This document shows positions 56,393 through 64,000 of a stretch of 64,000 bases of DNA, piece by piece; position 1 is the stretch's first letter; every line of letters starts with the position of its first letter. The position numbers and the translations under genes were made by a program. The stretch comes from an uncultured Gammaproteobacteria bacterium (GTDB taxonomy: Bacteria > Patescibacteriota > Microgenomatia > Woykebacterales > RBG-16-39-9b): assembly GCA_964367355.1 (NCBI GenBank), contig CAYIWY010000003.1, positions 36,919 through 100,918 on the forward strand, written 5' to 3'. Below the pieces are notes generated by a model, which was given only the letters and a program-made list of their open reading frames with translations, had not been told where the DNA came from and made no database searches.

Positions 56393-57291
56393 AAATGGAA
56401 ACTAATTATCACACAAGTGTACTTTTCAAAGAAAGTTTAGAAGCTCTTTCTGTAGTTCCGGGAGAAACCTATTTAGACGCGACTTTTGGTGGGGGTGGTC
56501 ATACAAAAGGAATTTTAGATTTTGGTGGCAAAGTAATAGCTTTGGATGTTGATCAAGACGCGATAGAAAACGCCAAACGGAAATTTGATTTAGCAGGCAA
56601 AGACGGGGTTTGGGTAACGCGAAGTGGCAACTTAAAAATTTATAAAAATAATTTTCAGAATCTTGACTTTGTAGCAAAAAAAGAACAAATCAAAGGTTTT
56701 TCGGGAATTATTTTTGACCTGGGTGTTTCAAGTTTTATGCTTGATACACCAAAGCGTGGTTTTAGTTTCTCAAAGCCTGGCCCACTCGATATGCGAATGG
56801 ATAAGGATTTGGAAGTAAGAGCTGCGGATTTATTAAATGCATTAAACGAAGGAGAACTTTATGAGCTTTTTAGTAAGTTGGGCGAAGAACCTTATGCAAG
56901 ACGTATTGCTAGTGATGTCGTCAGATACAGACTAAACAAAAAATTTGAGAGTACGGAAGAATTGGCGAATTTAGTTAGTAAAGTACATAAAAATATTAGG
57001 AAAGAAATAAATCCAAGTACCAAAGTCTTTATGGCTTTGAGGATTGCCGTTAATGATGAGTTAAATGCTTTGAAAGAGGCACTACCAAAAGCTTCAGGTT
57101 TGCTGAAAAAAGGTGGACGGCTGGTAGTTATAAGCTTCCATTCTCTGGAAGATAAAATTGTGAAGGAGTATTTTAAACAAGATCAAAGTCTAGTTGCGAT
57201 TACGGCCAAACCGATAACTGCATCACAAGAAGAACTTAAGTTAAACAAGAGGTCTCGAAGCGCAAAAATGCGTGTCGCACAAAAGAGATAG
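56389..57291 (+). CDS. rsmH: 16S rRNA (cytosine1402-N4)-methyltransferase RsmH
   Basis: HTSVLFKESLEAL ... LDATFGGGGHTKGIL ... SFHSLEDKIVK. Confidence 0.9.
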   Translation: MKMETNYHTSVLFKESLEALSVVPGETYLDATFGGGGHTKGILDFGGKVIALDVDQDAIENAKRKFDLAGKDGVWVTRSGNLKIYKNNFQNLDFVAKKEQIKGFSGIIFDLGVSSFMLDTPKRGFSFSKPGPLDMRMDKDLEVRAADLLNALNEGELYELFSKLGEEPYARRIASDVVRYRLNKKFESTEELANLVSKVHKNIRKEINPSTKVFMALRIAVNDELNALKEALPKASGLLKKGGRLVVISFHSLEDKIVKEYFKQDQSLVAITAKPITASQEELKLNKRSRSAKMRVAQKR

Positions 57292-57305
57292 TTAGGAACC
57301 TGCCC

Positions 57306-57689
57306 ATGAAATTAATAGGAAGACATAAGCAAAATTCAAATATTGGCTTCTCATTTTCCAAAATAACGGGAAAAACAAGGGAAGTGGCAGAGCGTTCTCG
57401 AGGTTTTTTCCTTTATAGCAAAGTCATTTCCTGTTTTCTAGTTCTCGCCTTTGGATTATTGTTAACTAGAATTTATTTTTCAAATCAGCTGGCTGTTTCC
57501 GGAGGATTTGTTAGTGTCAATTCCCAAAGAGTAGAGAAACTCAGCAAGGAGAATTACCAATTAGAAAATAAGCTTAGTGAATTATCTTCTTTAAGCTATA
57601 TCAACTCACAAGCGGAAAAGATGGGAATGGTGAAGGTTAGCAAGGTCGAGGTTTTGAAAACTGTTTCTGGAGTTGCTTTAAAACCATAA
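57306..57689 (+). CDS. ftsL: Cell division protein FtsL/DivIC-like
   Basis: Single TM followed by coiled coil; position between rsmH and ftsI. Confidence 0.5.
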   Translation: MKLIGRHKQNSNIGFSFSKITGKTREVAERSRGFFLYSKVISCFLVLAFGLLLTRIYFSNQLAVSGGFVSVNSQRVEKLSKENYQLENKLSELSSLSYINSQAEKMGMVKVSKVEVLKTVSGVALKP

Positions 57690-57783
57690 GTTCAAAATGT
57701 AGATTATATCGTGCAGTTTGTAATTTGTAGAAAACAAATAGATCTTATCATATTACGCACGATATTTTCTCGAGGACTCGAAA

Positions 57784-59562
57784 TTGAAATCTTGGAGGCT
57801 AATTGCGCTAAAATTTTTCTTCCTTTTTCTAATGGCCGCTGTTGCGGCCAGGCTTTTTTATTGGCAAGTTATTAACTACGAGCGTTTTGCTATTGCTGCG
57901 GGAGAGCAGCATATTTCAACAGTTAGAATTGATGCTCCTCGTGGTCGAATCTTTGCTGCTGATGGAAACCTACTGGTGACCAACAAAGATGCTTTTTTAC
58001 TCTACGCATCCATTCCAGACATAAAAAAAAGTTTAACTAAAGGTGAGAATTATCTTGATAAAGTAGACAAAATTATTGATGATCTTACCCCAATTTTATA
58101 TCAGGAAGAGATTTCAAAAAATAAAGAACCAGAAAAACTTTCCAGAAAAGAAAAAGAAACAATTAAAGCTAATCTAAAAAATAAAATTAAAGAAAAATTA
58201 AACACCGAAGGGGTGGTTTGGATACCCTTAGAGAAAAAAATTTCAATTCAAGCCCATGGTGAAATTGAGAAATTGAATATCAAGGGAATTGGTTTCGAAG
58301 AGCAGAGTATTAGAATGTATCCAGAAGGACAACTTGCCTCTTCGTTACTTGGTTTTGTTGGGAAAGATGGTGATGGTAACGATAAAGGTTACTTTGGACT
58401 TGAAGGTTATTATGAGGAGCAACTGGCTGGGAAAAGTGGAAATTTGACGCAGGAAGTCGATGCTTCAGGAAAGCCTATTATCGCGTCAGATTCGATGGAA
58501 GCCTATGCTAGGAATGGTTTAGATATTGAAACCACGATCGACCGTACAGTTCAGTATACAGCCGAAAAATATTTGTTTGAAGGAGCGAAAAAATATGGTG
58601 CAAAAGAAGCCTCAGTGGTTGTTTTAGATCCGAAAACCGGAGCGGTTTTGGCTATGGCAAGCTACCCTTCATACGACCCGGCTAAATGGGATCAGTTTGC
58701 AGAAGAAGAAAGACGAAATACTGCGATCGACAGCGTTTTTGAACCAGGTTCCACCTTTAAAGTTATTACCGCTGCCTCGGCTTTGGATGCTGGGGCTGTT
58801 AAAGTCGATACTGTCTGTCCATGTGCGGGACCAATAGATATTGGTAAATATCAGGTTCAAACTTGGAACAACAAATATAGCCCCAATACTACAATGGCCC
58901 AAATACTTGAACATTCTGACAACATTGGAGCAGCTTTTTGGGCACAAAAACTGGGCAAAGATAAATTCATAAATTATCTTGGTAAATTCGGAATTGGATC
59001 TGTTAGCGGTATAGATTTGCAGGGTGAAGAAACCGGCATATTAAATAAAATTCAAGATTGGGGCGAAATAGAGCTTGTGACCGGAGCGTTTGGTCAAGGT
59101 TTGTCTGTCACACCGTTGCAAATGGTTCAGGCGGTTGCGGCTATTGCTAACAACGGAAAGATGATGCAACCCTATATTGTGAAAAAAATTATTTCCAAAG
59201 ATAAACAAATCATTAAAGATCCAAAACAAGTAGGAAAAGTTATTAAGCCTGAGGTTGCGAGTACAATGAAAGAGTTGATGCTGGCTGCGGTTGAAAATGG
59301 AGAGGCAAAAAAAATTATTCCGCATGGTCTAAGAGTAGGCGGAAAGACTGGAACAGCCCAAATTCCAAAAAACGGTATTTACGATCCCGGAAAGACGGTA
59401 GCTTCCTTTATTGGGTTTGGACCAATCGAAGATCCGAAATTTGTTATGATTGTAAAATATACTGAACCTGTTCCGATCTACGGAGCTGAAACGGCTGAAC
59501 CGACTTTTTTTAAAATTGCCCAGGAACTATACACTTATTGGGGTATCGAGATCCATAAATAA
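57784..59562 (+). CDS. ftsI: Penicillin-binding protein (class B transpeptidase, FtsI/PBP2-like)
   Basis: N-terminal TM; STFK (SxxK), SDN, KTGT motifs in the transpeptidase domain. Confidence 0.9.
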   Translation: MKSWRLIALKFFFLFLMAAVAARLFYWQVINYERFAIAAGEQHISTVRIDAPRGRIFAADGNLLVTNKDAFLLYASIPDIKKSLTKGENYLDKVDKIIDDLTPILYQEEISKNKEPEKLSRKEKETIKANLKNKIKEKLNTEGVVWIPLEKKISIQAHGEIEKLNIKGIGFEEQSIRMYPEGQLASSLLGFVGKDGDGNDKGYFGLEGYYEEQLAGKSGNLTQEVDASGKPIIASDSMEAYARNGLDIETTIDRTVQYTAEKYLFEGAKKYGAKEASVVVLDPKTGAVLAMASYPSYDPAKWDQFAEEERRNTAIDSVFEPGSTFKVITAASALDAGAVKVDTVCPCAGPIDIGKYQVQTWNNKYSPNTTMAQILEHSDNIGAAFWAQKLGKDKFINYLGKFGIGSVSGIDLQGEETGILNKIQDWGEIELVTGAFGQGLSVTPLQMVQAVAAIANNGKMMQPYIVKKIISKDKQIIKDPKQVGKVIKPEVASTMKELMLAAVENGEAKKIIPHGLRVGGKTGTAQIPKNGIYDPGKTVASFIGFGPIEDPKFVMIVKYTEPVPIYGAETAEPTFFKIAQELYTYWGIEIHK

Positions 59563-59663
59563 ACGTTATATAATTGAAGCCTAAAGGCCGTTGTGATAAA
59601 ATTCCCCGAGGAAAAAAGTATTAGCTTAAAAATTTCTCGCACTCTCCAGATTGAGGCGCAAAG

Positions 59664-60938
59664 ATGAAAGAAAGGATTCCACAGCCTGCAAAAAATATTT
59701 ATCATTTAGTTATTGCATTTATTTCAGCTCTAATCTTTCGTTTTCCGGCCTTTCGATTACAAGTGATTGGAGTTACTGGAACAGATGGAAAAACTACTAC
59801 AGTTAGTTTGATTTACCATATTCTTAGTACACTCGGAATGAAAGCCGGAATGATCTCGACTGTTGAAGCCAAATTCGGAGGTAAAAGCTTTGAAACTGGT
59901 TTTCACGTCACGACCCCAAGTTCGTTTTTAATTCAAAAATTTCTAAGAAAGATGGTCGATAATAAAATAAAAGTTGTGATTTTAGAAATTACTTCGCACG
60001 GCCTTGATCAAAATCGAGTAGCTTTTGTGCCACTTCACACAAGTTTGATTACCAATGTTTCACAGGAGCACTTGGATTACCACAAAAACTACAAAAATTA
60101 TTTACTCACCAAAGCAAAGATTTTAAGAAATGTAAATTATCGAGTATTAAATTCTGAGGATCAGTCTTTCGAGATGCTGAAAATGTTAGGTTCCGGACAG
60201 TTAGTTGCTTTTGGAAAACTTGGCTCTGATTATTTTGGCGAAATAATAAATAGTGATGGGTTTTCAACAAATTATGCGATTCATTACAAAACTAAACAAA
60301 AATTACTCAAAACTATGGTAGTTCAAAGTAACCTAATCGGTGAGTTTAACCTTTCAAATATCTTGGCGGCTTTTGCAGTTTGTAAGATTTTAGGTTTGGA
60401 AGACAAGAAGATTTTAAGTGCGATCGAGACTTTTACTGGGGTTCCGGGAAGGATGGAACAAGTTGATTTGGGACAAAATTTTAAGGTTGTGGTTGATTTT
60501 GCTCATACCCCAAGGTCGCTTGAGTTAGCGCTTTCTGCTTTAAGAGGAAATACTGAGAAAAAATTAATCTGTGTTTTTGGGGCGGCGGGTGAGCGGGATA
60601 AGAGTAAACGTCTCCTTATGGGTCAGGTGGCGGCTAATCTTGCTGATTTGATAATTTTGACAAGTGAAGATCCGAGAAGCGAAAACCCGGAAAAAATAAT
60701 TGCTGAAATTGCCAGAGGAATTGAGAAAGTTGGTGGAGAAGAAAATACAAATTATTGGAAAATTGTTGATCGAGTCGACGCTATCAACAAAGCAGTTGGC
60801 AATTTAGCAGAAGTAGGTGATACAGTCGTAATTTTGGGAAAAGGTCATGAGCAAAGTATGAATATAGGCGGAAAAGAAATCCCTTGGGATGACAAAAAAG
60901 TCGCGACCGAATCTTTGAAAATGAGGCTTGGGATATGA
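59664..60938 (+). CDS. murE: UDP-MurNAc-tripeptide synthetase MurE (short form)
   Basis: Mur ligase P-loop GVTGTDGKTTT; DAP-recognition-like EDPRSENP (DNPR-equivalent); 424 aa. Confidence 0.7.
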   Translation: MKERIPQPAKNIYHLVIAFISALIFRFPAFRLQVIGVTGTDGKTTTVSLIYHILSTLGMKAGMISTVEAKFGGKSFETGFHVTTPSSFLIQKFLRKMVDNKIKVVILEITSHGLDQNRVAFVPLHTSLITNVSQEHLDYHKNYKNYLLTKAKILRNVNYRVLNSEDQSFEMLKMLGSGQLVAFGKLGSDYFGEIINSDGFSTNYAIHYKTKQKLLKTMVVQSNLIGEFNLSNILAAFAVCKILGLEDKKILSAIETFTGVPGRMEQVDLGQNFKVVVDFAHTPRSLELALSALRGNTEKKLICVFGAAGERDKSKRLLMGQVAANLADLIILTSEDPRSENPEKIIAEIARGIEKVGGEENTNYWKIVDRVDAINKAVGNLAEVGDTVVILGKGHEQSMNIGGKEIPWDDKKVATESLKMRLGI

Positions 60939-61017
60939 AAATAAGAACCTTTTCGCGTTTCTCAAAGAACCTTGCATTCGCAAGCAATTTCTATCTAAGT
61001 AAGACTGGGGGTGGTTT
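60939..61017 (+). promoter_or_regulatory. Conserved ~80-nt upstream element, copy C
   Basis: AATAAGAACC...AAAGAACCTTGCATTC...51 nt...GTG; immediately after the murE stop. Confidence 0.5.
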
Positions 61018-61755
61018 GTGAAAGTTGGAGCGATTATCTTAGCGGCTGGATCCGGAACCCGGTTAAATAGTGGTAATCCGTCAGATAAGCCAAAGGTTCT
61101 TTATGAACTTAACAAAAAACCAATGGTTGAATACACTCTTGATTTACTTGATCAGTTGAGTATTTCTGAAAAAGTTATGGTGGTTGGGTATAAAGAAGAA
61201 CTTGTCCGGGAATATTTTGGAGAAAGAGTAAAATACGTGTCACAACCCGAAAGGAAAGGAACCGGTCACGCTGCCAAACTTGGGGAGGAAAAATTGGATC
61301 CAAGTATAACCCACTTATTGATTATCCAAGGTGATGATAGTTCTTTTTATAAAGTCGAAACTATCCAAAAATTTATTGCTGACTGTGCAGATTGTAAGAT
61401 GGGATTTACAACTGTGAAACTTACTGAACCGGCGCAATACGGTCGGGTAATTAGAAACTCGGAAGGCGAAGTCTGCGCAATTGTTGAAAAAGAATCGTTA
61501 ACAGAAGAGCAAAAAAAAATTAATGAAGTAAATGCTGCCACATATTTTGTCAAAAGAGATTGGTTTAACACTGTTTATCCGATCTTAAAACCAAGTGCCG
61601 TCGGAAAAGGTGAGATAATTATGCCGGATTTAATCGCGGTTGCTGCCACCTCAGGGGGAAAAGTTATTGGTTTTGAAGTTCCTGTCGCAGAGTGGGTTGG
61701 TGTCAATACACCAGCGGAATTAGAACGGGCTGATAAACTAAAAAGAGAAAGCTAA
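61018..61755 (+). CDS. Sugar-phosphate nucleotidyltransferase (GlmU N-domain-like / MurU-like), no acetyltransferase domain
   Basis: GTG start; AIILAAGSGTRLNSGNPSDKPKVLYELNKKPMVEYTLD (GxGTRx nucleotidyltransferase signature); 245 aa. Confidence 0.6.
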   Translation: MKVGAIILAAGSGTRLNSGNPSDKPKVLYELNKKPMVEYTLDLLDQLSISEKVMVVGYKEELVREYFGERVKYVSQPERKGTGHAAKLGEEKLDPSITHLLIIQGDDSSFYKVETIQKFIADCADCKMGFTTVKLTEPAQYGRVIRNSEGEVCAIVEKESLTEEQKKINEVNAATYFVKRDWFNTVYPILKPSAVGKGEIIMPDLIAVAATSGGKVIGFEVPVAEWVGVNTPAELERADKLKRES

Positions 61756-63039
61756 ATGGAAAAGAAAAAAGTACATTTTATGGGTTTAGGTGGCGCCGGA
61801 ATTTCAGCTGTTGCTGCTTTTGCAAAAGCTAACGGTTACGAAATTTCTGGTTGTGATATCGATGACACTTCTCCATTTTTGAAAAGTTTACGGGAAAATA
61901 AAGTTCAATTTTTTTCTGAGCACAACAAGTCTCACCTTCAAGATATTAATTACTTAGTAGTTTCCCCGGCGATTGAGAGTTTAGACGTCAATAATTCGGA
62001 ATTAATAGCTGCCAAAGAAACAAATATTCCAGTATTAATTGGTGAAGAGTTTTTGGCGAAATATATTCTTGGGAATAAAAAAGTTATTGCAATTTCCGGA
62101 ACCCACGGTAAATCGACTACAACCGCGATGATTGGAAAAATATTGGAGGATGCTGATTTAGACCCTTCAGTTTTGGTTGGGGCAATAGTTAAGGACTGGG
62201 GGACAAACTTTCGTTTAGGTCAGGGAGAATATTTTGTGATTGAAGCCGATGAATATCAAAAGAAATTTTTACTTTACAGTCCTTACATTTCGGTTGTCAC
62301 TACAATAGAAATGGATCACCCGGAATATTTTAAAGATCTTGCTGAGATTGAAAACGCATTTAAGGATTTTATTGCCAAGACTCAAAGCGGCGGGCAGGTT
62401 GTTTTGGGGCAGTCTGTTCCGATTGAAATGAGTCATGCCAAAGTTTTGGGTCGTGATTTTCAGATTGAGAGATTTAACTTAAAATTAATTGGAGATTTTA
62501 ATTTGGAAAACGCTGCGTTTGCTGCGCAAGTTGGTAGGATTGTAGGAGTTGACGAAACAAGGATAAAAACTTCATTAGAAAATTTTAATGGGATTGGTAG
62601 AAGATTTGAGTTTTTTGGAGAAGCAAGGGGGGTGAGAATTTTTGATGACTATGCTCACCACCCAACTGCAATCAAAGCAACAATAAATGCAGCAAAGAAT
62701 TATTTTCCAAACGAAAAGATTTGGCTGGTTTATCAGCCGCATATGTACAGCCGGACAAAATATCTTTTCGAGGAGTTTGTCGACGTATTCAAAGGTCTAA
62801 ATATTGAAGGGACAGTTCTTGTTGATATTTACGGTGCTCGGCAGGAAAACAAAGAAAATATTAGTAGTCGTGATATTGTTGAAAAAATTAATAAGAAGCA
62901 AGTTTCTTACCTTGCGAGTTTTGAACAAGTTTGTGACTTTTTAGTTTCGCATCTTGGTTACGGAAATGTTGTGATAGTAATGGGAGCAGGGGATATTTAC
63001 AAATTGACTGAATTACTTTTAGATAAACTAAAAGGATAA
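61756..63039 (+). CDS. murC: UDP-N-acetylmuramate--L-alanine ligase MurC
   Basis: HFMGLGGAGISAVA (N-terminal Rossmann), ISGTHGKSTTTAMI P-loop. Confidence 0.85.
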   Translation: MEKKKVHFMGLGGAGISAVAAFAKANGYEISGCDIDDTSPFLKSLRENKVQFFSEHNKSHLQDINYLVVSPAIESLDVNNSELIAAKETNIPVLIGEEFLAKYILGNKKVIAISGTHGKSTTTAMIGKILEDADLDPSVLVGAIVKDWGTNFRLGQGEYFVIEADEYQKKFLLYSPYISVVTTIEMDHPEYFKDLAEIENAFKDFIAKTQSGGQVVLGQSVPIEMSHAKVLGRDFQIERFNLKLIGDFNLENAAFAAQVGRIVGVDETRIKTSLENFNGIGRRFEFFGEARGVRIFDDYAHHPTAIKATINAAKNYFPNEKIWLVYQPHMYSRTKYLFEEFVDVFKGLNIEGTVLVDIYGARQENKENISSRDIVEKINKKQVSYLASFEQVCDFLVSHLGYGNVVIVMGAGDIYKLTELLLDKLKG

Positions 63040-63130
63040 ATGCTAAATTCAGTCATCTCGAGTGGAACAAGAGATCTCTCACGGAGCCTGCACTGAGTGC
63101 AACGAGCGTGTTCGAGATGACAAGTTAAAA

Positions 63131-64000
63131 ATGATAGAAAAAACTGATTTATTAATTAAAAAATTGGGCTTTTCCAGAGTTAAGCTTGATGAACCAATGC
63201 GAGCTCATACTTGGATCAAGGTTGGTGGGCCAGCTGATTATTACTTTGAAGCTGAATCTGAAGAAGATATTGAAATTGCGGTAAAGACAGCAATTGAGGC
63301 CAAGGTACCATATACAATAATCGGACTAGGAGCCAATATTTTGGTTTCGGATAGAGGTATTCGTGGTTTATTAATTTTAAATAAAACAAAGGAAATTAAA
63401 TTTTTGCCGCATAATTTTGTTGAGGTTTCCTCTGGCGTAAATATTGTTGAATTAACCAGAGAAGCGGGAAAAAGGGGTTTGGGTGGGGTCGAGCGGATGA
63501 CCAAAGTCCCGGCAACAATTGGCGGGGCAATATTTATGAATGCTGGGGATACCGGTAGAGCCGAATTTTTTGAAGATTTAGTTGTTTCAATCAAGATTGT
63601 TGATAAAAATGGGGAAGTGAAAAAAATCTTTCGTGAGAATGCTGATTTTTCCTACAGAACCAGCCGTTTCCAGAGTAGTGGTGAAATAATTTTGTCCTCT
63701 AAACTAGAGCTGCAAAAAATGTCCAAAGAAGAAATTGATACTAAAGTTCGTGATATTCTGGTGCGCAAAACTCATCAACCAGCTGGCCCATCTGTGGGAT
63801 CGACTTTTCGTAATCCAGAAGGTGAACACGCCGGTGCTTTGTTAGACCAATGTGGTCTTAAGGGAACAGTCTTGGGCGGAGCTAAGATTTCCGACCAACA
63901 CGCTAATTTTATTATCAATACCGGCAATGCTAAAGCCTCTGACGTCAAAAATTTAATTGACCTAATGAAAAAAGCAGTCAAAGAAAAATTTAATATTGAT
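63131..64000 (+). CDS. murB: UDP-N-acetylenolpyruvoylglucosamine reductase MurB (3' partial, runs off window)
   Basis: EPMRAHTWIKVGGPADYYFEA ... IIGLGANILVSDRGIRG ... FRNPEGEHAGALLDQCGLKG; no stop before window end. Confidence 0.85.
   Translation, partial: MIEKTDLLIKKLGFSRVKLDEPMRAHTWIKVGGPADYYFEAESEEDIEIAVKTAIEAKVPYTIIGLGANILVSDRGIRGLLILNKTKEIKFLPHNFVEVSSGVNIVELTREAGKRGLGGVERMTKVPATIGGAIFMNAGDTGRAEFFEDLVVSIKIVDKNGEVKKIFRENADFSYRTSRFQSSGEIILSSKLELQKMSKEEIDTKVRDILVRKTHQPAGPSVGSTFRNPEGEHAGALLDQCGLKGTVLGGAKISDQHANFIINTGNAKASDVKNLIDLMKKAVKEKFNID

Overview
This 64-kb window comes from a low-GC, gene-dense bacterial genome; the compact dcw cluster, alpha2-type GlyRS and very high toxin-antitoxin (TA) density suggest a small-genome lineage such as Patescibacteria/CPR, but taxonomy is uncertain. 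In order along the window: (1) 134-9315 holds a type-IV-coupling-protein-like ATPase, a transglutaminase-like protein and a PRTase-like protein, convergent with an APH-like kinase, a small acidic protein and an 826-aa low-complexity protein; this is a candidate secretion/effector or conflict locus. (2) 9.4-13.3 kb is an array of TA or nuclease cassettes (two Phd/RelE pairs, VapBC, NYN plus a 2H-like protein), each bounded by a diverged duplicate of the secA 3' end. (3) secA. (4) A RAYT/IS200-like tyrosine transposase flanked by REP-like palindromes. (5) 16.8-50.3 kb is a large polysaccharide locus: DPM1-like GT2, GalE-like epimerase, YvcK, Wzm/Wzt, two methyltransferases, seven GT4 proteins, GMD plus Rmd-like reductase, a deacetylase, ManC, a sugar transferase and a DUF4012-like protein. 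It is interrupted several times by TA/Abi-type islands that are bordered by diverged duplicates of host gene ends (yvcK 3' end twice, deacetylase 3' end, a GT 5' end, an rfbA N-terminal remnant); a Fic-family gene (17628-18614) lies within the locus between the DPM1-like GT2 and the GalE-like epimerase. (6) Housekeeping genes recO, csrA, glyQS, NUDIX, HAD and msrA. (7) The dcw cluster mraZ-rsmH-ftsL-ftsI-murE-(nucleotidyltransferase)-murC-murB, partial at the window end, with a phased GTGGRA repeat array upstream that looks like a MraZ operator. A conserved ~80-nt element sits exactly 50 nt upstream of three cell-envelope genes (two GT4 genes and the nucleotidyltransferase). No rRNA, tRNA or CRISPR was recognised.
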